DNA of 44,427 nucleotides from an uncultured Bacilli bacterium (GCA_949425575.1 CASPVX010000004.1:1-44427), one strand, 5' to 3'; counted from the stretch's first letter, positions 8,833 to 18,562 are shown. Notes: generated from the letters alone by a model not told the origin. Translations and numbers: made by a program.

Positions 8833-9717
8833 CTACTCTCCACCAGATACTTCATAAGCATCGGTTACTATATAAAACGCTGTCGGATCGATAAGTTTTA
8901 TTCCCTCTTTAACAATATAATATTGCCTAGTAGGAACAGTACAAAGTAGCACTTTTCTTTTAGCACCTGTATAACCACCACGTGCCTCAAGTGAAGTTAC
9001 TCCTCTATTTAAATCCTTTAATATAAAATTTATTACTTCTTTTTCCTTTGATGTTACTATTTTGAATGTTTTATGATCCGAAATTCCAATCATCATTTTA
9101 TCAGTTAAATAGCTAACTATTGCAAGTAAAATAACTGAATAAATAAACACTTGCCATCCAAAAGTAATTAATCCTAATAAAACAATTGCTCCTTCTACAT
9201 AAATAGTTGCTTTCCCCATTGGCATTTTACAATATTTAGAAACAATCTTTTTAACTATATCACTTCCACCACTATTATAGCCAGCTTTAAATACCATTCC
9301 TGTACCAACACCTGATATTATGGCACCAGATACAGCAATAACAACTGTTTCAAGTCCAGTTAAATCAATATAATTAGGTAAAAATGAAGTCATTTGAACA
9401 AATACTGGGTATAAAATAGAGCCTACAACTCCTTGCATAGTATATTTTTTTCCTAAAAATACTAGACTTGCAATAATTAATAAAACATTAGCAAGAAGTA
9501 TAACACTAGATGGATTAATACCCATCGTTTCTTTTAAAACAACACTGATACCACTAACACCACTAACTAAATGAAGTGGTAAAATAAATACATTAAACGC
9601 TACAGCAAGAAGAATTAAACCAATAATAAAACTAACTATTTTTTTAATTTTATGGCTATTATTTATTTCTGCCATAATATTTTTTGAATAAATTTCTTTA
9701 TTAAATATTTTTATCAT
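8833..9717 (-). CDS. YitT family membrane protein (DUF161/DUF2179)
   Basis: multi-TM with SGVSG and SGGSD motifs; C-terminal RGVT....GGYT....IDP.AF..V.DAYEV.G. Confidence 0.88.
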   Translation of the reverse strand: MIKIFNKEIYSKNIMAEINNSHKIKKIVSFIIGLILLAVAFNVFILPLHLVSGVSGISVVLKETMGINPSSVILLANVLLIIASLVFLGKKYTMQGVVGSILYPVFVQMTSFLPNYIDLTGLETVVIAVSGAIISGVGTGMVFKAGYNSGGSDIVKKIVSKYCKMPMGKATIYVEGAIVLLGLITFGWQVFIYSVILLAIVSYLTDKMMIGISDHKTFKIVTSKEKEVINFILKDLNRGVTSLEARGGYTGAKRKVLLCTVPTRQYYIVKEGIKLIDPTAFYIVTDAYEVSGGE

Positions 9718-10812
9718 TTTCTTTTCCCCTTTAAGTTATCTTCTATAAATAAATCTATCTCCCCATCTAATACTTTACTAACGTTTGATGTTTCCGTGTT
9801 TGTTCTATGGTCTTTTACCATAGAATATGGATGCATCACATAACTTCTTATTTGTGATCCAAAATTAATATCTTGTTTTTCTCCCTTAATACTATCTAGT
9901 TCTTGTTTTTTCTTTTCAAGCTCTAATTGTAACAATTTACTCTTTAGTATTTCCATACATTTTTCTTTATTTTGAATCTGACTTCTTTCATTTTGACAAG
10001 TTACTACTATTTTTGTAGGCAAATGTGTTATTCTAACTGCACTATCAGTTGTATTAACACCTTGTCCTCCAGCACCTGTACTTCTATAAACATCTATTCT
10101 TAAATCCTTATCATCAATATCAATATTTACTTCTTTATCAACCTTAGGACTTACTATAGCTGATGCAAATGATGTATGCCTTCTTGCATTGCTATCGAAA
10201 GGCGAAATTCTAACTAACCTGTGAATCCCATTTTCATTTTTTAAATAACCATAAGCAAATGGTCCCTTAATAAGCATAGTTAAAGATTTAATTCCAACTT
10301 CTAAACCATCTTGCCTATCTAAAACTTCTATTTTATAGTTTTTACTAGTTGCCCATCTTGTATACATTCGATAAATCATATCTGCCCAATCACAAGCTTC
10401 TGTTCCGCCAGCACCAGAGTGAATTTCCATTATTGCATCATTTTTATCATATTCGCCATTTAATAATACTTTAATTTCAATATCATCGAGCCTTTTTTGA
10501 ACACTATCAATTTCACTTTCCAGTAGTAACAAAGTTTCTTTGTCATCTGGAAGTACAATTTTTGCCATTTCTAAATATGTTTCAATATCTTCTTTCAAAG
10601 AAGAAAAACCATCTAAAATTGAAGTAATCGCATTTACCTCATTTATTATTTCTTCACTACGTCTTCTATCATTCCAAAAATTAGGATCTTCCATTTCATG
10701 TTTCAAAAAATCTAATCTTTTTTGTTTTTCAGAAGAGTCAAAGTGACCTCCATAACTCTTGGACTATTTCTAAAAAGCTATCATACAAATTTACTATTTC
10801 TTTTATTTCCAT
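9714..10812 (-). CDS. prfB: Peptide chain release factor 2 (programmed +1 frameshift, about 365 aa)
   Basis: 24-codon first frame MEIKEIV...LWRSL ends in CTT TGA C; the +1 frame continues into the ORF with SPF and GGQ motifs. Confidence 0.97.
10737..10751 (-). promoter_or_regulatory. prfB frameshift signal
   Basis: internal SD GGAGG, 3 nt spacer, then CTT TGA C. Confidence 0.95.
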
Positions 10813-10940
10813 AATATCATAGCCTCCCTTAGCTTCCAGTATCTATAATTATAACATTTTAAAGTCGTTTTGACTAGAGAGATAAGGATTATTTTAGGTA
10901 AATTTATTTTTTTATGTTATACTTTGAAATAGGTGGTTTT

Positions 10941-11879
10941 ATGAACGAATTTCCTTATTCTAATTCTAACAAAAGGTATCATACACTAGATTATTTTTAT
11001 AAAAATAAATTTGGTAGTAAAGTTTTCAAAGTAAGTTTAAATGCTGGATTTACTTGTCCTAATATAGATGGAACTGTTGGAACTAATGGATGCATATATT
11101 GTTCTAAAAGTGGTAGCGGTGAATATGGTGGAAATCCAAATGATGAATTAATAAAACAATTTAATGAAGTTAAAAATAGAATGCATAAAAAATGGCCTGG
11201 TGCTAAATATATTGGTTATTTTCAAGCAAGAACAAATACTTATTCGCACGTTACCGTTTTAAAGGAAAAATATGAGACTATTTTAAATTTAGACAATGTT
11301 GTAGGGCTTTCTATTGCTACAAGACCTGATGCAATAAGTGATGAGTGTTTAGATTATTTAGAAGAACTTAATAAAAAAACATTTTTAACCATTGAACTTG
11401 GACTTCAAACAATCCATGAATCTACCACAAAGTTAATTAACAGGTGCCATGACTTAAATTGCTTTGATAATATGGTTAAAAAACTCAAAAAAAGAAATAT
11501 CTTTGTAGTAGCTCATATAATAAATGGGCTTCCATATGAAAATAAAGAAATGATGATTGAAACAGTTAAACATTTAAACGAAATTAAAGTTGATGGAATA
11601 AAAATACATATGTTAAGTATAATAAAAGATACTATCTTAGAAAAAATGTATAATGAAAAACCATTTCATATATTAACTGAAGAAGAATATGTTGATATAG
11701 TGTGTGATCAACTTGAGTACTTAAATAAAGAAATTGTTATTCAAAGATTAACAGGCGATCCTGAAGCTACTTCTTTAATAACTCCAAATTGGCTTATAAA
11801 GAAAGTACAAGTTTTAAATGATATTGATAAATTAATGGCAAAACGAAATACTTATCAAGGAAAAAAGGTAGATAATTAA
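10941..11879 (+). CDS. Radical SAM protein, TIGR01212 (YtqA/YhcC) family
   Basis: AGFTCPNIDG..G..GCIYC, ATRPD, ELGLQT, RLTGD motifs; ATG 10941 follows AGGTGG. Confidence 0.92.
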   Translation: MNEFPYSNSNKRYHTLDYFYKNKFGSKVFKVSLNAGFTCPNIDGTVGTNGCIYCSKSGSGEYGGNPNDELIKQFNEVKNRMHKKWPGAKYIGYFQARTNTYSHVTVLKEKYETILNLDNVVGLSIATRPDAISDECLDYLEELNKKTFLTIELGLQTIHESTTKLINRCHDLNCFDNMVKKLKKRNIFVVAHIINGLPYENKEMMIETVKHLNEIKVDGIKIHMLSIIKDTILEKMYNEKPFHILTEEEYVDIVCDQLEYLNKEIVIQRLTGDPEATSLITPNWLIKKVQVLNDIDKLMAKRNTYQGKKVDN

Positions 11880-11887
11880 TCTACCTT

Positions 11888-12607
11888 TTATAATGAAATA
11901 ACACATCCATTTCTTTTGCTTGTTTTATTTCTTCTATATGAATGATAATTAATATTACAATATGTACACTCATCTAAAATAAAAATATTTTGTTCTAAAA
12001 TACCATTTTCTATTAATAAATCCTTATTAAGTTTTACTAAATCTAAATAGTATTTATTTTTTCCTTTTATTTTTTTTGTTAAAACAATATATTTTTCCAC
12101 AACATTACCTATTTTTTGTTTAAAAATATTTAATACATCACTTTCTATTTCAAAATGACATGCATGAATAGATGGATTAAAAAAGCATAAAATATCTTTC
12201 TTATTTGAATTAAATTCTAAAATCATTTTATCTATAGATTTAATAACTATTTTTTCAGATACGCCTTTCCACCCTGAATGAATATTTCCAATTACTTTTT
12301 TCACAGGGTCATATAAAAAGATCCCCTGACAATCAGCTACATAAGTAAGTAATGTAATTCCTTTTACATTAGTAATCAATCCATCATTATTATCAAATTT
12401 CTTCATATCTAAAGTATCTTTCTTTTTAACAACTTGAACACTTGATGTATGGCATTGATTTGAAAAAAATATTTTATTTTCATCTACTTGTAGTATATCA
12501 GCTATTTCTTTTTTTCTATTTAAATTAGTTGGTCCCAAATCATAAGGCATTGAAATAAATGCATGTTTAATTCCATAATTATTTAAAATTTCAAATTTTT
12601 TTATCAT
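11888..12607 (-). CDS. pgeF: PgeF/YlmD/YfiH family (peptidoglycan editing factor / purine nucleoside phosphorylase)
   Basis: Q.H, DGLIT, ADC, HSGWKG, CTYC...HSYRR motifs. Confidence 0.88.
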   Translation of the reverse strand: MIKKFEILNNYGIKHAFISMPYDLGPTNLNRKKEIADILQVDENKIFFSNQCHTSSVQVVKKKDTLDMKKFDNNDGLITNVKGITLLTYVADCQGIFLYDPVKKVIGNIHSGWKGVSEKIVIKSIDKMILEFNSNKKDILCFFNPSIHACHFEIESDVLNIFKQKIGNVVEKYIVLTKKIKGKNKYYLDLVKLNKDLLIENGILEQNIFILDECTYCNINYHSYRRNKTSKRNGCVISL

Positions 12608-12885
12608 TTTGATGCTTTCTTAAGAACAAAATAACCACAACCATAAGCACAATTAGCTTTAATATAATTATCTAAATTATTAAAATTATTTATTTCGTTA
12701 CACTTATTATTGTTTTCATCACAAAAACCTTTTAATCTAAGCTTACTATAAGAATAATCTCCAACTATATAATCATACTCTAAAAAATAATCAGTAACTA
12801 AATTTAAAAACATTTCTTTATCAAAACAATTTTTATGATTAGTAATAAGTTCATATTCTAAATCTAAAGCTTTTATTTTTTTCAT
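12604..12885 (-). CDS. yutD: YutD family protein (DUF1027)
   Basis: YDYIVGD.SY.KLRLKGF and CAYGC.YFVL motifs. Confidence 0.9.
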   Translation of the reverse strand: MKKIKALDLEYELITNHKNCFDKEMFLNLVTDYFLEYDYIVGDYSYSKLRLKGFCDENNNKCNEINNFNNLDNYIKANCAYGCGYFVLKKASK

Positions 12886-12924
12886 ATTATCACCAACTTC
12901 ATTATATCATGTATATTAATTATA

Positions 12925-13686
12925 TCAATCATCTTCCGTAGGAACTACCACAGATGGACTATTTTCATTAAGTCCCTTCATATAGTATTTAGGAACAGAG
13001 CCCGTAATCATTTTTAAAGCAACAGGTATTTTTGTTTCAATTTCAATTTGATTTTGAAAGAAAGGAATCATAACTTGTTCTGTGACCTTTAAATTAACAT
13101 AAACCTGTATTAATGCATTATTTATTCCATAATTAGTAACATCAGTAGATACACTACTAGTTACATCACCTATTAAACTAAGTCTTACTGGAATTTTAGG
13201 CCCTATGTTAGCTAAGAAGGCATTATTGAATATTACACCTGAACTAACTTCATATATAACTCCTTTTTTTAATTTTTCTTTATCGTATTTATCAAATACA
13301 TTATTAGATAACTTTAAAGATTCAACATCACCAGCTTCAACTTTTTTTAAATCCTCTTGTATTGCTTTAGTAGCCTTAGTTAAAAAATTATTGATATGAG
13401 GCGAATTAAAATCAATTGATTGTATTTCTCCACTTTCTTCTTTTGTAATTTTAAACATTTTATCTAATTCTAAATCATTAGTGATATTTTTATCCACAGC
13501 ATCTGTAATAATTATACTAGATATTTTTTTTGCTTCCATTTCAGCATAATTCATTATTATTTTAGATCCCTTTGTACTTATATATTTAAATGAAAAAATT
13601 ACTCCTATAAAAATAAGCAGAATCGAAAATAAAAATATATTAATTTTTTTAATTTTAAATTGTTTTTTTAATCTTACTGTCTTCAT
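12925..13686 (-). CDS. yunB: Sporulation protein YunB
   Basis: N-terminal TM; N..LAN.GPKIPVR...IG.V, YGINN, G.VP.YY motifs. Confidence 0.92.
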   Translation of the reverse strand: MKTVRLKKQFKIKKINIFLFSILLIFIGVIFSFKYISTKGSKIIMNYAEMEAKKISSIIITDAVDKNITNDLELDKMFKITKEESGEIQSIDFNSPHINNFLTKATKAIQEDLKKVEAGDVESLKLSNNVFDKYDKEKLKKGVIYEVSSGVIFNNAFLANIGPKIPVRLSLIGDVTSSVSTDVTNYGINNALIQVYVNLKVTEQVMIPFFQNQIEIETKIPVALKMITGSVPKYYMKGLNENSPSVVVPTEDD

Positions 13687-13692
13687 ATTATA

Positions 13693-13700
13693 ATTGTATG
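13693..13700 (-). promoter_or_regulatory. sigma-E type -10 element 6 nt before the yunB ATG
   Basis: CATACAAT exact consensus; no SD between it and the start codon. Confidence 0.5.
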
Positions 13701-13701
13701 C

Positions 13702-13724
13702 AAAAAAAAAGCTTTTAGCTTTTT
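13702..13724 (-). terminator. Terminator of the 446-aa gene
   Basis: AAAAGC-TAAAA-GCTTTT followed by a T run on the minus strand. Confidence 0.45.
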
Positions 13725-15055
13725 CTATATTTAAATTTATAAGATACTTCTACTCTTACCCCTTCGTCTTTAGCAAATTTAGGTACTGTTGTTCCAATTC
13801 TTTTTAAAAATGTCTCTCTACTTACTGGTTTATCAAATATTGGTAAAGAGTTTAATTCGTATTTTACTTGGAATCTTGTTTGAGTTTTAGTCTCTTCTAC
13901 TCTATATGCTGCATTAGATGAATTAAGAGATGATGTTTCACTCCATGAAGAGTTCCCACCTAGTGAATACAATTCCTCATCTTTATATTTGTATTCTGAT
14001 TTTGGTGATGATGTATAATTAGAGTAATTTCTTCTTTGTCCATTATACCATCGCCATGTCTTATCACGATATCTAAACATAGTAGTCGTTTCAGGTTCCA
14101 TATAAGGGTATTTTTCTTTATCAGCCTCTACTGAATATTTACCATTATTATAGTATACCTTTTGATTATTTTCATCTAAATAATAATATTTATAAGCAGT
14201 ATATCTTTGAATAGTTCTATATTCTTTTTCTTCAGGAATTTTATATAAATATTCAGACCATTCAGTTAATTTTTCGGTATTTGTATCTTTATTAGAATAT
14301 CCCTTAGGTTGTTCTGATGAATATTCACTATAGTTACCTACTATATCATACCATTTCCATGTTTTATCTTGATAACTATACATAACTCGTTGTTCTGTAT
14401 TAAGCCCTAAAATTTTAACATCTGACGGTACTTCAGGTAGTGGCCTTTCAGCAGGAATTCTTGTGTTATATGTTTTATCAACAGTTGTTGTTAATTCCTC
14501 TTCATCATAAAAATTAGACCAATCAGTAACCCCCATTTCTACTTCATAATAATTATAATATGGAAAGACATCTACAATGGCTTTACCTCTAGGATAAGAA
14601 TTTTTAAGATCACTCCAACCACCATATCTTTTACTTGTTGTACATGAATTACAACTTGTTAAATTTAACGTATATACATAATCATCTTTATACTTAGTTA
14701 CTTTAACTTTTCCAGAGCATTCTGTATTATTGGTTTCATAGTTACTCAAATAACGTTTTTCATACAACTCCATAATACTTAAATCCACACTTTCACCTTC
14801 AAATGATGGAAGCTTATTTTTACTAGATAGATATTCTTTTGAAGCAGATTTAATCTTATCGTATGTTTTATTACAATTAATATTAGAAAAAATTTGATAT
14901 CCAATAAAGCCTAGTACTATAACAGGAAGAATAGTTCCAATTATAAAATATATATTAGTTTTAAACTTTAATGATTCATCTCCTGATATTTTGTTCCCTT
15001 TTGAATCAACATATGCTGGTCTTCTCATTTGGATCATGCCCCCTATGTTATTCAT
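13715..15055 (-). CDS. Membrane-anchored extracellular protein with a Cys-containing pilin-like domain and Trp/Tyr-rich internal repeats
   Basis: single TM near the N-terminus; duplicated YxYxDKTWxWY motif 101 codons apart; start may be ATG 15028. Confidence 0.75.
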   Translation of the reverse strand: MNNIGGMIQMRRPAYVDSKGNKISGDESLKFKTNIYFIIGTILPVIVLGFIGYQIFSNINCNKTYDKIKSASKEYLSSKNKLPSFEGESVDLSIMELYEKRYLSNYETNNTECSGKVKVTKYKDDYVYTLNLTSCNSCTTSKRYGGWSDLKNSYPRGKAIVDVFPYYNYYEVEMGVTDWSNFYDEEELTTTVDKTYNTRIPAERPLPEVPSDVKILGLNTEQRVMYSYQDKTWKWYDIVGNYSEYSSEQPKGYSNKDTNTEKLTEWSEYLYKIPEEKEYRTIQRYTAYKYYYLDENNQKVYYNNGKYSVEADKEKYPYMEPETTTMFRYRDKTWRWYNGQRRNYSNYTSSPKSEYKYKDEELYSLGGNSSWSETSSLNSSNAAYRVEETKTQTRFQVKYELNSLPIFDKPVSRETFLKRIGTTVPKFAKDEGVRVEVSYKFKYRKS

Positions 15056-15108
15056 TTTAACATATTTATAATTTTAAATAAAGAAAAAAGAAACATTAAA
15101 GTTTCTTT

Positions 15109-15660
15109 TTATACATATACATTTTGTGGTTTTGTAGCTAATGGTTTATAAGTTCTTTCATCCTTATATTCAGGTACTAAAATAACTTGGCCTTTTTCTA
15201 AACTCTGTTTTACATCTATTATTCTTTGATTTCTAGATCCTTTATAATATAAATTAAGACTACGCTCTTCAATAACAAATTTTCCATCTACTAAAACATC
15301 AATATATTTTAACAGTTCTAGCGCATCTTTATCTTTAATTAAATCTTCAAATAAGAATCCCGTAAAACACCAAATATTTTGCCCTTTTTTCTTAACATGT
15401 TTACAAATCTGTAAACATTGTTTTTTTTGAAATAAAGGATCTCCACCAGATAAGGTTATACCATCTTGAGCTTCAATTTTATCAAGTTCTTTGATAACAT
15501 CATCAACATCAACTAAAAATCCACCTTTAAAGTCATGCGTTGCTTGATTGTGACATCCAGGACAATTATGGCTACACCCTTGTGTCCAAATAACAGTTCT
15601 AATTCCTGGACCATCAACTATGCTGTCAGATTGTAAATCACCCGCTAACCTAATTTTCAT
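15109..15660 (-). CDS. nrdG: Anaerobic RNR activating enzyme
   Basis: SIVDGPGIR, GCSHNCPGCHN radical-SAM motif, SGGDP, GSRNQR. Confidence 0.96.
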   Translation of the reverse strand: MKIRLAGDLQSDSIVDGPGIRTVIWTQGCSHNCPGCHNQATHDFKGGFLVDVDDVIKELDKIEAQDGITLSGGDPLFQKKQCLQICKHVKKKGQNIWCFTGFLFEDLIKDKDALELLKYIDVLVDGKFVIEERSLNLYYKGSRNQRIIDVKQSLEKGQVILVPEYKDERTYKPLATKPQNVYV

Positions 15661-15662
15661 TA

Positions 15663-15824
15663 TTATTTACCTAATACTTCTTTAGTTCCGTGTTTAACAC
15701 GAGCTCTTTCTTCGGCTTTTTTAGCATTGTTGAATCTATTAGTTGTTCCTACTAAATAACCTGTAATTCTTCTAATTCTTTCAAAACCTACACCTTCACC
15801 GATTTTCTTTTCTTCTGCTTTCAT
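15663..15824 (-). CDS. Stand-alone NrdD glycyl-radical domain (53 aa)
   Basis: GEGVGFERIRRITGYLVG...FNNAKKAEE.ARVKH is the NrdD C-terminal Gly-radical loop; own SD AGGAGGA 6 nt before ATG 15824. Confidence 0.9.
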   Translation of the reverse strand: MKAEEKKIGEGVGFERIRRITGYLVGTTNRFNNAKKAEERARVKHGTKEVLGK

Positions 15825-15835
15825 TTTATTTCCTC

Positions 15836-18139
15836 CTATCTTCCACCGCAAGTATTTAAACTAGCGTTTTTAACTCTTTCAATTGGCACACCTTCGCCAT
15901 CTTTACGTCCACAACCTGGACAATAATCTCCAATTACCCCAGTGTATCCACATACTGGGTCTCTATCTACTGGGTGATTGATTGCACCATAACCTATATT
16001 ATTATCATGCATTAATCTTACAATTTTTTCAAAGGCATCAACATTCATCGCTGTATCGCCATCTAATTCTACATAACTAATATGTCCTCCATTAGTAAGT
16101 TCATGATAAGGACCTTCTAATTTCAATTTAGATGCTATCGAAATGTCATAGTAAACTGGAATATGGAATGAATTAGTATAATAATCTTTATCAGTAATTC
16201 CAGTTAATTTACCATAAATCGCTTTATCCATATTAGTAAATCTTCCTGATAATCCTTCAGCTGGAGTTGCAATTAAAGAGAAATTTAAATTATACTCTTT
16301 TGCATATTCATCCATTTTATTTCGCATAAATCCGATTATCTCTAAACCTAATTTTTGAGAAGCTTTACTTTCTCCATGATGCTTACCAGTTAAAGCTGTT
16401 AAACATTCAGCAAGACCGATAAATCCAATTGTAAGTGTTCCATGTTTTAAAGCTTTTCTAAGTCTATCTGTATCTTTTAATTTGTCACTATCCATCCAAA
16501 TACCTTGTCCTAATAAAAATGGAAAGTTATATACTCTTCTTGAACATTGAATTTCAAATCTGTCTAACAATTGATCTTTTACTAAATCCATTTTTTCTTC
16601 TAGTTCTTTATAGAATTCATCCATATTTGTTTTACCACTAGGAAGACCATGTTTAATTCCAAGTCTTGGTAAATTAATTGAAGTGAATGACAAATTTCCT
16701 CTTCCAGGAGTAAGTGACTTGTTAGGATCAGCTACATTAGTAAGTACTCTTGTACGACATCCCATATAACCTACTTCTGTTCTATAATCATTTGGATCAT
16801 ATGTAACTTTATTGAATGTTGAATCAATAAATGAGAAATTAGGGAATAGTCTTTTTGCTGAAACTTCACAAGCTAATCTAAACAAATCATAGTTTGGATC
16901 TTCTTTTTCGTAGTTTACTCCCTCTTTTAATTTGAAAATTGAAATTGGGAATATTGGTGTTTCATTTTTTCCAAGTCCTGCATCTGTAGCAAGTAAATAA
17001 TTTTTAATAACCATTCTTCCCTCAGCTGAAGTATCTGTACCAAAGTTAATAGATGAAAATGGTACTTGAGCTCCTGCTCTTGAATGCATTGTATTTAAAT
17101 TATGAATAAATGCTTCCATAGCTTGATATGTTGCTCTATCAGTTCTTTGAAGTGCTTTTTCATAAGCTTTAGTTAATATTTTTTCAACTTCTTTTGATCC
17201 TTTTGCATAACTATAAAAATCAGCTATATCAAAATCGATTGTATTTAATTTATCAACATCTTTAGCAACTTTATCCATATTAATAAAATTAATAAAATCA
17301 GTTACTTCTAAGAAATCACAAATAGCTTGTTTAAATTGTTTTTTAAATGTTTGAAGTACTCCTGGTGCCATATAGTAATCAAAAGCAGGAATACTTTGAC
17401 CACCATGTTGATCATTTTGATTTGCTTGAATAGCAATTGCAGCTAAAGCTGAATAACTAATAATATCATTTGGTTTTCTTAAATGACCATGTCCAGTAGA
17501 AAAACCACCTTCAAATAATTTTTGCAAATCAATTTGCATACAAGTAGTTGTTCCCATTGGCATGAAATCCATATCATGAATATGAATATCACCATTATCA
17601 TGAGCTTCTGCGATTTTCTTTTTCATTAAATATGATTTTGCAAATTCTTTAGAAACTGTACTTCCATATTGAAGCATTGTTCCCATTGCTGTATCTCCAT
17701 CAACATTAGCATTTTCTCTCTTTGAATCTTCTTCTGCTGCTGACTTAAGACCTAAACTTTCAATTGCTTTTAAAAATTTATGTTGTTTCTTTTCTCCCAT
17801 AAATAATTGTCTTGAAGCGGCTCTTCTTTCTCTATATTCAGCAAATGAAGTATAAACATCTTCATATTTTTCTTTTTTTAACTCTTCCTCAATTAAATCT
17901 TGAATTGTTTCAATTTTAATTTTTCCATCTGCAGCAAATTCTTTTTCAATTCTATCAACTACAGCATTATAAACTTTATTTATATCTTTTTCAGTATATT
18001 TAGGTTCATTTTCTTCATCATGAATACTATCAAAACCTTTTTTTATTGCCATGGCAATTTTAGTTGGATTCCATTCAACCTTTCTGCCAGTACGTTTTAC
18101 AACTTCAAAGTTGCTTAATTTTTCTTCAGTGTTAACCAT
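15836..18139 (-). CDS. nrdD: Class III anaerobic ribonucleoside-triphosphate reductase large subunit, lacking the Gly-radical loop
   Basis: ATP cone VVKRTG, HIHD, TTTC, QHGGQ, MGCRT thiyl Cys, TPAE, YYTNSFH, GGHISY, DPVC..CPGC; no RxxGY at the C-terminus. Confidence 0.95.
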   Translation of the reverse strand: MVNTEEKLSNFEVVKRTGRKVEWNPTKIAMAIKKGFDSIHDEENEPKYTEKDINKVYNAVVDRIEKEFAADGKIKIETIQDLIEEELKKEKYEDVYTSFAEYRERRAASRQLFMGEKKQHKFLKAIESLGLKSAAEEDSKRENANVDGDTAMGTMLQYGSTVSKEFAKSYLMKKKIAEAHDNGDIHIHDMDFMPMGTTTCMQIDLQKLFEGGFSTGHGHLRKPNDIISYSALAAIAIQANQNDQHGGQSIPAFDYYMAPGVLQTFKKQFKQAICDFLEVTDFINFINMDKVAKDVDKLNTIDFDIADFYSYAKGSKEVEKILTKAYEKALQRTDRATYQAMEAFIHNLNTMHSRAGAQVPFSSINFGTDTSAEGRMVIKNYLLATDAGLGKNETPIFPISIFKLKEGVNYEKEDPNYDLFRLACEVSAKRLFPNFSFIDSTFNKVTYDPNDYRTEVGYMGCRTRVLTNVADPNKSLTPGRGNLSFTSINLPRLGIKHGLPSGKTNMDEFYKELEEKMDLVKDQLLDRFEIQCSRRVYNFPFLLGQGIWMDSDKLKDTDRLRKALKHGTLTIGFIGLAECLTALTGKHHGESKASQKLGLEIIGFMRNKMDEYAKEYNLNFSLIATPAEGLSGRFTNMDKAIYGKLTGITDKDYYTNSFHIPVYYDISIASKLKLEGPYHELTNGGHISYVELDGDTAMNVDAFEKIVRLMHDNNIGYGAINHPVDRDPVCGYTGVIGDYCPGCGRKDGEGVPIERVKNASLNTCGGR

Positions 18140-18167
18140 AAAACTTCCTCCTACCTTGCTACTTCTG

Positions 18168-18196
18168 ATTATAGTAAATTTAAATTAAATCGTCAA
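18168..18196 (-). promoter_or_regulatory. sigma-A promoter of the nrd operon
   Basis: TTGACG-17nt-TATAAT. Confidence 0.75.
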
Positions 18197-18562
18197 CAAA
18201 AAAAACGAACATTTTTAAACTTTTTTTTATGAGTTTAAAAACGCCCTTATTTTACGTCGTTTTTTACAAAAAAATATTTTTTAAGAATTTACATTTTATT
18301 AACTTTTTTGATTTTTTGTTTTTTTGTCAAAAAAACATTTTGGGGTTAATCCTTTGTTTTTACTAGGTTTTCCCATTTTTCAGAAAAAATACTTTTTTTG
18401 TTTTTTGAGAATTTACCAATTTTCGCTTTTTGTTATTTTTAATTTTTTCTATTTTTTGTTTTTTTGTTTTTTTTGATATTTTTTAATACAAAAAGGTAAA
18501 ATGTTCGCTTTTTATAGTAGAATGTTTGTGTTTTTTTTGAATAGAATTATAATGGTGAAATT

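Noticed and set aside
13490-13498. Perfect DnaA box TTATCCACA
   Set aside because: Single copy inside the yunB coding sequence; no cluster or origin context.
15825-15851. Programmed frameshift or read-through joining nrdD to the small ORF
   Set aside because: No slippery site is evident, a strong dedicated SD is present, and a fusion would duplicate the GEGVxxER segment; independent initiation is simpler.
15910-15965. NrdD metal site DPVC...CPGC (first Cys replaced by Asp) as a sign of inactivation
   Set aside because: As I recall, this variant is common in clostridial-type NrdD, and all other catalytic motifs are intact.
18197-18560. CRISPR array, riboswitch or replication origin in the long intergenic region
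   Set aside because: No regular repeat-spacer units, no GC-paired structure or known aptamer motif, and no DnaA-box cluster.
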